From a virus: a DNA stretch of 64,000 nucleotides. Made by a program: the position numbers and the translations under genes. This document shows positions 9,109-19,139 of the stretch, piece after piece. The notes beneath the pieces were generated by a model. It had not been told where the DNA came from. It made no database searches and saw only the letters and a program-made list of their open reading frames with translations. The DNA lies in the IMG/VR virus record IMGVR_UViG_3300027843_000001; one strand, 5' to 3'. Every line of letters begins with the position of its first letter. Within the stretch, counting starts at the first letter, position 1.

Positions 9109-11780
9109 GTTCCTTCAATTGGGTTGTTAAAATAAATAGTTACAGTATTTAAGTCAGTTGCCTGAAATATGCCCGCCGTTGGCTGCTCTATGCCATTATT
9201 ATCGTACAGACTGAGTCTTACTTTCTTGGTGTTCTTATTATGCGCATACGTGTAAGCGTAATTGCCATCGAGATTGGCATTTGTCACGCTAAGAAATATT
9301 GGTGGCGTTACTCCGGTTATGGAGACATATTGCCCTTGCTGATTAAGATATTTGTCAACAGCCCCATTAGTCACAATATAGGACGCCTTGTTCCAGGTTG
9401 TCACGTTGGAAGCGGTGATAGCCCTTACGGTATTATACGCGGAGAAATCGGATTTAAGGGCGTTGTAAGTCCCATCCATAAGGCTTGTTAGAGTTACAGC
9501 ATTTCCGCTATTAGCTACCGAATCTTGAAATGTAAGGTTACTACCTACGCCTCCGTATATTTTTACGGATGAATTTACGAATTGCAAACTGTAATTAGGG
9601 GCTATGACGGTATCGCAGTTAAACTGCCATAGGGCATTATTCAGTTCCCCGTAAACAAGCCCCCCGATATACAATTTGTTTTGCCCGGTCTCTGTGCTTC
9701 CAGCGGCGTTACCTATTAAGACATTACTGTTTGTGTATCTGTAAATGGAGCTTAGGAATTCATTTCCTGCTATGTCGCCATTTACGGTCAGAGCGTAATC
9801 TAAAGAGGTTGGGGAATTTACGCCCACAAATCCGGGATAGTCTATGCCACTGCCAAAAGCAGACCAATAGTTAGTTGCCCCCGATATTAATTGCGATAAT
9901 GTTTTGCTACCCACAGTAACGTCGGTAAACACCATATCATCACCGGCTTTCTTAATATTTACGGTACTAGCCCCTAAGTTTAGCTGCGTAGTAGCTAAAA
10001 TAGTTGGGGCGGATAATACATTTGACAAATAGTTAAGCCCTGAATCCCTCGACAGACCGTTATTGTATATTATCACATCGCCGTTGACCGCATTTTGAAC
10101 TGACAGTGCTTGGTAAGTACCATTATCGGCAAGAAAAGTATATCCTTGCCCTGAATTTATGATATTATCAAGTACGGTTTTGTTGGAATGTGTATGCGAA
10201 TTTGTTGCCGCAGAGTTCCAATTAGTTATATTGACTTGCGTTATGGTCTTAACATAAGATGGAACGGTAGGGTCGGTCTCGGTAAATACGGTTATAAAGC
10301 CGCTATCATTTGTGAATTGACTTAATTTTGTTGGTTTTCCACTCAATGAGTTCCAAGTCCCGTCAAAAAAGGTGGGCTTATTAGTTACGTTCCCCCAATG
10401 TACTTGTGCTTGACCGGAAGTTTGTAACTGGGTCTTTGTATAGAAATTGGAAGCTACGGCATAGCCTGCGCTTGCATGGTTTCCCCAGCTAAAAGCAGAA
10501 TTCCAATTAGCTATATTCGCTGCTGTGATTGCGGTTACCGATGCGTATGCTGAAAAATCCGATTTTAAAGCGTACCCGCTAAGGGACGCTCCGGTCAAAT
10601 AACCGGCTAAAGCATGGTTGCCCCAACCAAAAGCCGAATTCCAGTTGCTTAGGTTCTGCGTGGTTACTGCCGTAACAGCTCCGTAATCCGCAAAATCTGT
10701 TTTAAGGGCATAGCCCGTCGCCCCTGTAAGGGAATGATATTGACCATCACCTCCTAAGTAGTCACTTGCATTTCCCGATAATGCAGGGGTCATGCCCGGG
10801 GTTGACTGATTGGCCAATGCAAATGATAGTACTTGATTACCATTTATTGTGGTACCATAAGCACGATTAGCATCTATGGATACGGGGGAATGTGTCGAAC
10901 TAGAACCGTGATTGATGAATGGCGTTATTTCTTCTACACTTGGTGTCGGAATAACGTCATTTAATTGCTGCCATATATTTACGGCTTGCTGATAAGCAGC
11001 GTACAGGTCATTATAATACAGGGCTTGGTCATACTCCAAATAGGCGGAACCAATAAGAAGCATACGGTCTTTTAGGTTATACGCTAAATCCCTGTCCGTT
11101 TTAAGGGCATTATAGTATCTTAGCCTTAGCACTTCCACATACCCTCTTATAACATCCATATCTGGGTTATACGCAAATACAGTCTGCGTAGAACTCAGAG
11201 TCAATTGCAGGATTAAGTTGTTGTGCGTGTATTCGAGTACCGAAGATACGGAGGTAGTCCAAAGCCCCGACCAGATATTTGCAGAATACGATATTGCGCT
11301 ATTAGCCGACGTTTGAGGAGAAAGCGAACTACCCGTGGGGGGCGTAACCGTATGAGTCCTTGTCAGGGAATCGTAAGTACCATAATCCGTTGCATCCAAA
11401 GAGCCAAAAGTACTGTTGTAGCCGTCCGGTGTTTGCGTTATCGCTATTTCGGGCAATATGAAACTGTAAGTATAGGTCTGCGTTAAGGTCGTGACAGCGT
11501 TGTTTATGTTTACCGAATAGGTGATAACATACGTACCTTTAGAAGTATAACCCTTTACGTCAGGGGGCAGGGAGAAATATTGCGAAAATACTGACGAGGC
11601 GGGCGATATATCAGGTGAGTTGTAGTTCTCATTTTGGTATATCGCCCCCTTGGGCGTATTTATTGTAAGTACGCCCTTAACATCCGATAAAGACACGCCT
11701 TGCCCCAGATAATTGGACGTATCCTTAATCCTTACCTTTCGGGTGTTTAAGTCAAAGTATGTACTTATGGATATTATCAT
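9078..11780 (-). CDS. Large virion structural / fibre protein
   Basis: 900 aa with repeated ALKSDFSAY...NWNSAFxWGNHAxAGY units. Confidence 0.6.
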   Translation of the reverse strand: MIISISTYFDLNTRKVRIKDTSNYLGQGVSLSDVKGVLTINTPKGAIYQNENYNSPDISPASSVFSQYFSLPPDVKGYTSKGTYVITYSVNINNAVTTLTQTYTYSFILPEIAITQTPDGYNSTFGSLDATDYGTYDSLTRTHTVTPPTGSSLSPQTSANSAISYSANIWSGLWTTSVSSVLEYTHNNLILQLTLSSTQTVFAYNPDMDVIRGYVEVLRLRYYNALKTDRDLAYNLKDRMLLIGSAYLEYDQALYYNDLYAAYQQAVNIWQQLNDVIPTPSVEEITPFINHGSSSTHSPVSIDANRAYGTTINGNQVLSFALANQSTPGMTPALSGNASDYLGGDGQYHSLTGATGYALKTDFADYGAVTAVTTQNLSNWNSAFGWGNHALAGYLTGASLSGYALKSDFSAYASVTAITAANIANWNSAFSWGNHASAGYAVASNFYTKTQLQTSGQAQVHWGNVTNKPTFFDGTWNSLSGKPTKLSQFTNDSGFITVFTETDPTVPSYVKTITQVNITNWNSAATNSHTHSNKTVLDNIINSGQGYTFLADNGTYQALSVQNAVNGDVIIYNNGLSRDSGLNYLSNVLSAPTILATTQLNLGASTVNIKKAGDDMVFTDVTVGSKTLSQLISGATNYWSAFGSGIDYPGFVGVNSPTSLDYALTVNGDIAGNEFLSSIYRYTNSNVLIGNAAGSTETGQNKLYIGGLVYGELNNALWQFNCDTVIAPNYSLQFVNSSVKIYGGVGSNLTFQDSVANSGNAVTLTSLMDGTYNALKSDFSAYNTVRAITASNVTTWNKASYIVTNGAVDKYLNQQGQYVSITGVTPPIFLSVTNANLDGNYAYTYAHNKNTKKVRLSLYDNNGIEQPTAGIFQATDLNTVTIYFNNPIEGTWTGILEYWA

Positions 11781-12094
11781 TTTCCTACGCAGTAGGTAAG
11801 TGTTGTCGGTAAGGTTCCACCATCCGTACTCGCTCTAATCTGGATAAACAAAGCGGGCAGAAATTCCCAAGCTTGCAACGTTATTGTCCGGGCAGTTCCT
11901 TCCGGTGTTCTGGGTAATCTTGCTCTAAAGGTAGCAGGAGAATCGGAGGCATTTCTAATATTGAATTGCTCCCCCGCGAGGTCAAACCATTCTTGAGCCG
12001 GTACGGGGATCATATCCGACCAATTATACACATTGTATATTTCCTCAGTCCTTCTTGACTTAGCATCGAGTGTCCACGACGTAGTTACGGCCAT
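11777..12094 (-). CDS. Hypothetical protein
   Basis: 105 aa ORF coupled to the next gene by an ATGA overlap. Confidence 0.7.
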   Translation of the reverse strand: MAVTTSWTLDAKSRRTEEIYNVYNWSDMIPVPAQEWFDLAGEQFNIRNASDSPATFRARLPRTPEGTARTITLQAWEFLPALFIQIRASTDGGTLPTTLTYCVGK

Positions 12095-12161
12095 AGCATT
12101 AAAGTTTTTATTTACAAAAGTATAAAAATTAATACTATGGCCATTAATAAGGGCTGAAAAA

Positions 12162-12479
12162 TTATTTAGCCGCTAAGTATGCTTTCTCTACTTGCGCCCT
12201 ATCAATCTCCCCCGCAATGAATCCAACCACAATGGCGGAGAATAATTTACCGCAAGCCTCTTTTACGCGCATTACGTCGTCTTCACGCATTTCAAAATTG
12301 CCTTTCAACTGACTGGCAAATTTACTATCTGCTACCTTCTGATCGAAAGTTTTTTTGTCTTGGTCGTAATTGCAGATAGCCCATTGGATAGCACTACCAA
12401 CTGTCCAAATCCTGAATTCGTCCCTTTTGATAGGCGTACCGTCAAAGTCGGTGATGATCTTTTCACAATCAATGGTCAT
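12162..12479 (-). CDS. Hypothetical protein, possibly tail-fibre-associated chaperone
   Basis: 105 aa; position only. Confidence 0.6.
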   Translation of the reverse strand: MTIDCEKIITDFDGTPIKRDEFRIWTVGSAIQWAICNYDQDKKTFDQKVADSKFASQLKGNFEMREDDVMRVKEACGKLFSAIVVGFIAGEIDRAQVEKAYLAAK

Positions 12480-12595
12480 AATTTTTTCATTATAAAGTTT
12501 GGGTAAAAATACGGGCTTTATATTTTTTTTGCAATATGTTATAGAGCATATTTATTTTTGAAATTAAATACATATTTTTGAGAAAAATTAATTTT

Positions 12596-12841
12596 ATGGC
12601 TCAGATCATATATGCCGTCGAATACGACAAGTCTGTAAATCAAGAAGGTGACATACAAACTAACAGCAAGGAGCTGGATAAAGAATACTCGAATGAGTTT
12701 TCAGGCGAGGCGAGAAAAGTTACGGCCATAATGCAGGAATTTAGTTACGGCAATAGGACTGTCATAATTAATTTTGATAATGGCGAAAGCGAAGAAATTT
12801 TTGATATAAATAGAATTTTTAGAAAATACCAAACCATTTAA
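12596..12841 (+). CDS. Hypothetical protein
   Basis: Probable start MAQIIY at 12596, after TATTTTTG boxes at 12553 and 12573. Confidence 0.65.
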   Translation: MAQIIYAVEYDKSVNQEGDIQTNSKELDKEYSNEFSGEARKVTAIMQEFSYGNRTVIINFDNGESEEIFDINRIFRKYQTI

Positions 12842-12842
12842 C

Positions 12843-13589
12843 ATGGATGCACCTTTAGAATTGACTCCTGAGGAGCTTAATAATTTCAGAGTGAACGGAA
12901 ACTACGTTCTGGTCGAAATAACGCATCACGTGGCCGATGATAGAACCAAATCCGGTATCTACATTGTGAATGATATGTCTGAGATCAGAGCGAACAGCAT
13001 AGAGAGCGGGGAAGCCGTTGACCTGTCAGCGCATCTCGACCGCTTCGGCACGGTAGTAAAAGTACCCAGCACTTTAGCATTCTCCGGCGAAGGCAAGTTA
13101 GACCCCAATAAAATGGAGTGGAAAACTATGGTGGAGACCGAAATAGGCGATACCGTCTGGTTCGATTACCGCAATGGTTACTATTCGCAGCGTTTTAAGT
13201 GCGAAGGCAGGGACTTAAGGCTCATACCATATTCAGCTCTTATTGTAGCGAAGAAAAGCGACACAATAAAACCTTTGAACGGTTATGTTATATGTACCCG
13301 GATAAACGAAGGGTTAAAATCTAAATATCTTATTCTGGAAGAAAAGATAAATACCCAAAGGGGCATAGTTAAGTACGTTGGCAAACCCAACAAAGCTTAT
13401 GCCAACCCGAAGAACCCCATCATCAAAGAGGGGGCTATAAATGTAGGGGATACGGTCACTTTCTCGCAAAATTTTGAGGTACTGTTGGAAAATGTACTAC
13501 ATTTGCATTTAGACAATGACAAAGAAGAACTTAGGTGCATTCAAGACAGATACATAGTCGGAGTATATGGAAAAGAGGATAATAATTGA
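12843..13589 (+). CDS. Tandem GroES-like co-chaperonin protein
   Basis: Two GroES-like repeats: NYVLVE...RTKSGIYI...GTVVKVP...IGDTVWF and PLNGYVIC...GIVKYVG...VGDTVTF. Confidence 0.75.
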   Translation: MDAPLELTPEELNNFRVNGNYVLVEITHHVADDRTKSGIYIVNDMSEIRANSIESGEAVDLSAHLDRFGTVVKVPSTLAFSGEGKLDPNKMEWKTMVETEIGDTVWFDYRNGYYSQRFKCEGRDLRLIPYSALIVAKKSDTIKPLNGYVICTRINEGLKSKYLILEEKINTQRGIVKYVGKPNKAYANPKNPIIKEGAINVGDTVTFSQNFEVLLENVLHLHLDNDKEELRCIQDRYIVGVYGKEDNN

Positions 13590-13953
13590 GTTTACTGACG
13601 ATCTGAGTAAGATTAGAAATTCGGGAACGGGCGATTATTTCTATAACGAAGAAGGGCATCTTATAGTCAGGGCATGGCTTAAGGACGCGGACAGTTTAAA
13701 TGAGGCGTGGCTAATAGCTATGCACGAGCTGATTGAACAACGCCTTACAGAGAGTAGGGGCATAAAAGAAGAAACCATAGACGCCTTCGACAGAGCAATA
13801 GACGAAACGGGGGGCATTTCTGATGAAGCCGGCAATGAACCGGACTGTCCTTACAAGCAGGAACACCGGTTCGCAGAAAACGTGGAAAGGCAATTAGCCC
13901 TCGAGTTAGGGGTAGATTGGTTCGACTATTACGAAAATTATAATCCTTCATAG
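13567..13953 (+). CDS. Hypothetical protein with HExxE-like motif
   Basis: AMHELIEQ and a distal EHRFAENVE suggest possible metal ligands. Confidence 0.6.
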   Translation: MEKRIIIEFTDDLSKIRNSGTGDYFYNEEGHLIVRAWLKDADSLNEAWLIAMHELIEQRLTESRGIKEETIDAFDRAIDETGGISDEAGNEPDCPYKQEHRFAENVERQLALELGVDWFDYYENYNPS

Positions 13954-13956
13954 AAA

Positions 13957-16341
13957 ATGGCTAACCTTAAAGATAAGACAGTACTTGTTATTGATAACGG
14001 GCAGTTTCATTCGTTTGCCAGTCATTTGGCTTTGACTAAAGCTTTTAAGAAGGTTTATTACTATACGAGATTCGATTGCAAGGGATTTGCTAGTCCGAAC
14101 AATGCTTATCCTGGATTTGGCTTTGAAGAAATAGAAGTCGTACCCTACATGTTTGCGTATTCGACTAAAGAGAACGAATACTCATTCGATAAAGTAGATT
14201 TGTTCTGCTTTTTTGATTTGTATTACGGTGATATACAAGAGCATCTAAAGAGATTGGGTAAACGCGTATGGGGATCGGGCACGGGCGAAAAATTGGAACT
14301 CGACAGACAATTTTTTGAAAAGACACTCATCAAATACGATTTGCCGGTAGTACCCTATAAGCGCATAAAGGGCATTGAGAATTTAAGAGAGCATCTTAAA
14401 AATGTCAAGGATAAGTACGTTAAGCTATCAAAATATAGGGAGATACAAGAAACATTTCATCACGAAGATTATTTTTTGACAAAACCCATATTGGATAGAT
14501 TGCAAGTTAAATTGTCGCCCTTTATGTACACAAAGGACATGAACGCCTATGACATAGAGTTCATAGTTCAGGATTCCATAAATGCGATTGTAGAGTATGG
14601 GTATGACGGGTATGTAGTTAATGGAGATTATCCTAAGAAGTCCATGTTCGGTGTCGAGATAAAGGATTGCGCTTTCCTTATGAAGCACATGGATTATTAC
14701 GATTTACCGAAGCCCTTACTTGAAATAAATTCCGAATTTTCTGACTATTTTAAGAAAGTAGGTTATAACGGGCATTTTTCTACAGAGATAAGGGGCGTGA
14801 GTAAGAATAAAGGGTATTTCACTGACCCGACATGCTTCTCTAAAGACACGGAAGTATTAACAGATAATGGATGGAAATTTTTCTATGAATTGGGCAATCG
14901 GGATAGGGTATGTACTTTAAACCCTGAAAATAATAACATAGAGTATCACAAGCCAATAAATTATTTTGAGTATAATTTTAATGGCGATATGGTACTCCTA
15001 ACAAACAAGGCTAAGACGGTTGAGTGCTTAATCACTCCCGACCACAATGTTTGGCATTACAATAGACTTAAAAAGAACTTAAAATGTACTAAGGCCAAGG
15101 ATTTAAAAGATAGGATATACATACCCAGAACAGGAAATTGGATCGGCGAGGATACAAAGTATTTTGTATTACCCGAGTACCATAATGAATGGGATTCTGG
15201 CATGGATCATCAGATACATAAAGTAAAGCACTGTGAGCCAAAAAGTATTTTGATGGAAGACTGGCTTAGATTTTTAGCCCTGTATTTATCGGATGGAAGC
15301 ATCAGGGTCAAATCCAATCACCAGACGTCCATAGCCCAATTCGATAAAATAGAGGAATACGAATCGGTATTAGCTAAATTGCCATTCGAGTATAGTAGAA
15401 ACGAGGGGGGCTTCACGATCAGCGATGTGCAACTCACAACATACTTGAAACAATTCGGTAAATGCAATGAGAAATTTATACCCTCATTTATTAAATCCCT
15501 ATCAAGTAGATTGATAAATGTATTTTTAGAAGCCTACACATTAGCTGACGGTAGTAAAAGACCGGATAGAGTGAGTCCAAATATATTTTTCACCACCTCT
15601 AAGCAATTAGCCGATGACCTACAAGAGTTAATATTCAAAACCGGTAAGGTAGGATATATATCCCGTAAGAACACGGCCGGGACTACCATGGTGGCTCCTA
15701 TAGGAAAGACAAAGGATTATGTCAGAAATTATGATGGGTACGTTATATCTGAACGTACTAAGTATATCGACTTTTACGTAGATGTCACGGGAAAAAGATC
15801 CAAGGATTATGTAAAGAAAATTGCATACAACGATAAAGTATATGACGTGGAGGTTCCAAACCATATACTCTACGTCAGAAGAAATGGTAAACCTTTTTGG
15901 TCTGGCAATTGCAGACTCCCCAGCCCTCCCTCAGAATTATATCAAGAATTTATATCGAATTGGCCGGAGATAATATGGCACGGTAGCGAAGGCGTACTCG
16001 TAGAGCCAGAATATACAGCGAAGTATGCGGGTGAAGCTATAATGACATCGGAATGGCTATCGGATGACAACTGGCAGCCCATTAGCTTTCCCGAAAAAAT
16101 AAAGAAAAATGTTAAGCTGCGATACGCCTGTAAAATAGGAAAAGATTATTATTGCATACCGCAGGGGTTTCCTGAGGTTGGAGCTATAGTAGCGACGGGG
16201 GACTCCGTGGAGGAAGTGACCAGCAAATTATCTGAGATAGCGGATCAAATAAAGGGTTACGATATTAAGATAAAAACAGATAAATTAAAGGATGCTTCCG
16301 AGGCTGTTAAAAAGATGGAAATATTGGGCGTAAAATTTTAA
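13957..16341 (+). CDS. ATP-grasp (PurD-like) ligase containing an intein
   Basis: VWGSG...LELDR, YVKLS, FIVQD, EYGYDG and FSTEIR motifs; splices to about 435 aa. Confidence 0.8.
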   Translation: MANLKDKTVLVIDNGQFHSFASHLALTKAFKKVYYYTRFDCKGFASPNNAYPGFGFEEIEVVPYMFAYSTKENEYSFDKVDLFCFFDLYYGDIQEHLKRLGKRVWGSGTGEKLELDRQFFEKTLIKYDLPVVPYKRIKGIENLREHLKNVKDKYVKLSKYREIQETFHHEDYFLTKPILDRLQVKLSPFMYTKDMNAYDIEFIVQDSINAIVEYGYDGYVVNGDYPKKSMFGVEIKDCAFLMKHMDYYDLPKPLLEINSEFSDYFKKVGYNGHFSTEIRGVSKNKGYFTDPTCFSKDTEVLTDNGWKFFYELGNRDRVCTLNPENNNIEYHKPINYFEYNFNGDMVLLTNKAKTVECLITPDHNVWHYNRLKKNLKCTKAKDLKDRIYIPRTGNWIGEDTKYFVLPEYHNEWDSGMDHQIHKVKHCEPKSILMEDWLRFLALYLSDGSIRVKSNHQTSIAQFDKIEEYESVLAKLPFEYSRNEGGFTISDVQLTTYLKQFGKCNEKFIPSFIKSLSSRLINVFLEAYTLADGSKRPDRVSPNIFFTTSKQLADDLQELIFKTGKVGYISRKNTAGTTMVAPIGKTKDYVRNYDGYVISERTKYIDFYVDVTGKRSKDYVKKIAYNDKVYDVEVPNHILYVRRNGKPFWSGNCRLPSPPSELYQEFISNWPEIIWHGSEGVLVEPEYTAKYAGEAIMTSEWLSDDNWQPISFPEKIKKNVKLRYACKIGKDYYCIPQGFPEVGAIVATGDSVEEVTSKLSEIADQIKGYDIKIKTDKLKDASEAVKKMEILGVKF
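14833..15909 (+). mobile_element. Intein with LAGLIDADG homing endonuclease (359 aa)
   Basis: Starts CFSKDTEVLT, ends HILYVRRNGKPFWSGN followed by +1 Cys; LAGLIDADG-like motifs FLALYLSDGS and FLEAYTLADGS. Confidence 0.92.
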
Positions 16342-16360
16342 TTTTTAGTAATTTTGTGCT

Positions 16361-16804
16361 ATGGAATTCGTAAGAACCAATATAGAAAAAAGTTTTATTC
16401 GAAAATGTTTTTCGGAAGACGATAATTTTATCAAAAATACGTACGTTATTGACGATAAAACTGTGGAAGCTTGCGTGGCCGACATCGTTTCTAAGTTGAA
16501 AGAGAAAGACGATACGGGTAATCAGGCCGAATTCTATTTTATTATCGAAAATGATTTGAATATAGGCTTTTTTGCGATAAATTATTACAACGGGGTTAAA
16601 GTGCTAAGAACTTTTTTTATTCGTCCTGCTTACAGGGATAGGAAGAATGAGTTCCTGGATAAACTCAAAAAGCAAGGAAGTTTCGATGCAGTCATATACA
16701 ACCAAAATAAAAAGGCCGTAAGGTACTTCAATAATAACGGAGGGCTTATAACCGGTATTATTGAGGTTGAGGATGACTTAAAGGGACTAATTTTCAAATT
16801 CTAG
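16361..16804 (+). CDS. GNAT-like acetyltransferase-fold protein
   Basis: IGFFAI...LRTFFIRPAYR...NKKAVRYF pattern; sits just before the ejection proteins. Confidence 0.55.
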   Translation: MEFVRTNIEKSFIRKCFSEDDNFIKNTYVIDDKTVEACVADIVSKLKEKDDTGNQAEFYFIIENDLNIGFFAINYYNGVKVLRTFFIRPAYRDRKNEFLDKLKKQGSFDAVIYNQNKKAVRYFNNNGGLITGIIEVEDDLKGLIFKF

Positions 16805-16807
16805 GAC

Positions 16808-17479
16808 ATGCCATTAATAGGTGGAGCAATAGCAGGTGGTGTCGGTTTGGTTAAGACCGTCGGAGGACTTTTTCAATCGGGTGCTGCAAAAAGAAAAATG
16901 CGTCAATTAGAACGTAATAAGCCCATATACACTCGACCGGATGAGGCCAAACAGTATTTAGAATTGGCTAAGACGGGGGCTAATGCAAATATGCCGGGTA
17001 TGCAGCAAGCACAACAGAACTTAGAACAAAGTTCCGCCGCGGGCATGACTACCGCATCAGATATAGGAGGCGCGGCTGGTTTAGCTGCCGCTCAGAATCT
17101 TGCAAGGCAAGAGGCTGCCGCTTATTCGGGATTATCCGTTCAGAATGCTCAATTTCATCAACAAAACACGCAACGGTTAATGTCAGCTTTGCAAGAAAAT
17201 GCTAAGTATTCAGACCAAGAATTTGAATTTAACGTAAATCAACCTTGGCAGAGGGTATACAATCAAGCGATAGCTAAAAAGGAAGCGGGGCAGGGTATGT
17301 TGGAAAGTGGATTGAGCGGCTTGTCAAGCGCGGGGATGGGTCTGGCTACTTCAGGGGTGAACCTGCTCGGTGCAAAAGGTGGCGTTCCTACCAAAGAAGA
17401 TATTGCATTCGCTAAAAGTCCAGAAACTCAAATGGAGGCTCTAAAAACGCAGGCTCGGGATACGGGCTTAAAATATTAG
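16808..17479 (+). CDS. Putative internal virion (ejection) protein
   Basis: G/A/Q-rich amphipathic protein starting MPLIGGAIAGGVGLVK. Confidence 0.7.
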   Translation: MPLIGGAIAGGVGLVKTVGGLFQSGAAKRKMRQLERNKPIYTRPDEAKQYLELAKTGANANMPGMQQAQQNLEQSSAAGMTTASDIGGAAGLAAAQNLARQEAAAYSGLSVQNAQFHQQNTQRLMSALQENAKYSDQEFEFNVNQPWQRVYNQAIAKKEAGQGMLESGLSGLSSAGMGLATSGVNLLGAKGGVPTKEDIAFAKSPETQMEALKTQARDTGLKY

Positions 17480-17483
17480 CATA

Positions 17484-19127
17484 ATGGCAATAACCACCTA
17501 TACCCGTGCTCCAAAAGAGAGTGACTTTTCAGGGGTCGATCCTAGCAGGCAGTATGCTTCCTATATTGCGCAATTGCGCAAAGAAAAGATGGCGGAAGAG
17601 CAGAGGGTTTATGAGGAAGCTAAGGAAACCCGAAAAAGGAATGAGGCCGAATACATGGCATTGGCTAAAGACACCAAGCCTACCTTCACCATGTCAGAAT
17701 ATTGGCAGGGCAAACAAGTTGATTATATAAAGGACTTGACCGGTCGCCTTGGCGAAATATACCACCGGAATAACAATAAGCCTTCTTTAGATGATCGCGT
17801 GGAAGCACAAAATCTGATAAACGGTTTGGCTACATATCAGCAAAATTTACAGAAGCAGCAAAAAGATTACGAAGCAGCCCTACCCCTTATACAAAAGAAC
17901 CTTAAAGGCGATTTAGATCAGGATAAGTTTTCTGAAATAGTGGATAACTGGAAGAAAACGGGCAAGATGTTTTACAATGACATTGACGAAAAGGGAAATA
18001 AATATGAAGTGCCAGTAGATTCTTTTGTCCATCCAGCTAAATACGAAAATCTGGGGGGATATTTAGAAGGTAAAAAATTTGTAGCATCTAAAACCGAATC
18101 CCTAGTTAATAAACACGGGCAGAAAGAATACGTAACAGTAAACGCTAAACCTGAGGAAATAAAAGCCTTTATGGGCAACATACTCCAAGAGCCTAGGGTC
18201 ACTATGACGGTAATGGATGAGTTTAAGAAATTGCCCGTGCAAGAGAAAGCGAAATACTTGAAGCCGCATGAAGGCAAAGACCCTTCTGAGAATACGGCCA
18301 TACTCGATTATTTCTATGATAAATACAATCAGAATCTTTTGAAATATGACACAAAGCTCCAAAAGAAAAGTGGCCTCACAATCAATTTAGGCGGCGGTGC
18401 TTTAGGCCAGCAGGGCGAGGCGGTGTTGGCTAAGGGCGACGAACCTATAGATTATTCGACTGTAACAAGAAAAGAAGCTAAACTGTCACCCGTCAAAGTG
18501 GGTGGCGTATCTATATCCAATGAGAATGATTACGCCCGCATAAATGCTAAAGCCAGTAAGACTGAGGATGAAAAAGATGCCATACGTACTTGGGCTGCCC
18601 AAAAAGGGGGCATGGGGGAAATGACAAAAGCCGAGAAGGAATTACCTAATTGGGGGAATATACCACTTACGCAGGGGTCGGTTGTCAAGACCGGGGCGAC
18701 TAAGATGTTTGACAACGAAGGAAATCCGGTAAAACCTTTTGAGGGAGAGAAGTTATTACGCGACACAAAGATAGTTTACTACGCCTATAACCCTGAGACC
18801 GGTAAAATAGCCCTTAAAAATGAGCAGGGAGCCGGATGGGATAAGAGAGCGTTCTTACTTGGTAAATATAAAGAAGGAAGCAGAGAAAAGGAAGTGGCTG
18901 TTCCGCTTACCAAATCGCACGTAAGCGCGATAGTCAAACACGAGACGACGGTAACTGGCAAGTCAAAATTGCCAAAAGAAGGAATACGATTAAGCCTTGG
19001 GGGGTTTTCAGGTGAAGCACCGGCAGCGGAAGAAGAAACGCCTAAAACTAAGGAGGCGGTGCCAAAAGGCAAAGCAGTAGCACCAGAAGCTAAAAAGGGA
19101 TTGGATAGATTGGGATTGGGTATTTAA
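17484..19127 (+). CDS. Putative internal virion (ejection) protein
   Basis: Charged helical 547 aa protein within the ejection cluster. Confidence 0.6.
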   Translation: MAITTYTRAPKESDFSGVDPSRQYASYIAQLRKEKMAEEQRVYEEAKETRKRNEAEYMALAKDTKPTFTMSEYWQGKQVDYIKDLTGRLGEIYHRNNNKPSLDDRVEAQNLINGLATYQQNLQKQQKDYEAALPLIQKNLKGDLDQDKFSEIVDNWKKTGKMFYNDIDEKGNKYEVPVDSFVHPAKYENLGGYLEGKKFVASKTESLVNKHGQKEYVTVNAKPEEIKAFMGNILQEPRVTMTVMDEFKKLPVQEKAKYLKPHEGKDPSENTAILDYFYDKYNQNLLKYDTKLQKKSGLTINLGGGALGQQGEAVLAKGDEPIDYSTVTRKEAKLSPVKVGGVSISNENDYARINAKASKTEDEKDAIRTWAAQKGGMGEMTKAEKELPNWGNIPLTQGSVVKTGATKMFDNEGNPVKPFEGEKLLRDTKIVYYAYNPETGKIALKNEQGAGWDKRAFLLGKYKEGSREKEVAVPLTKSHVSAIVKHETTVTGKSKLPKEGIRLSLGGFSGEAPAAEEETPKTKEAVPKGKAVAPEAKKGLDRLGLGI

Positions 19128-19139
19128 TAAAATAGCATC

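Noticed and set aside
17484-19127. GDLDQDK as an RNA polymerase DxDxD catalytic motif
   Set aside because: It lies in a helical, charged region of a 547-aa protein with no other recognisable RNAP motifs; probably chance.
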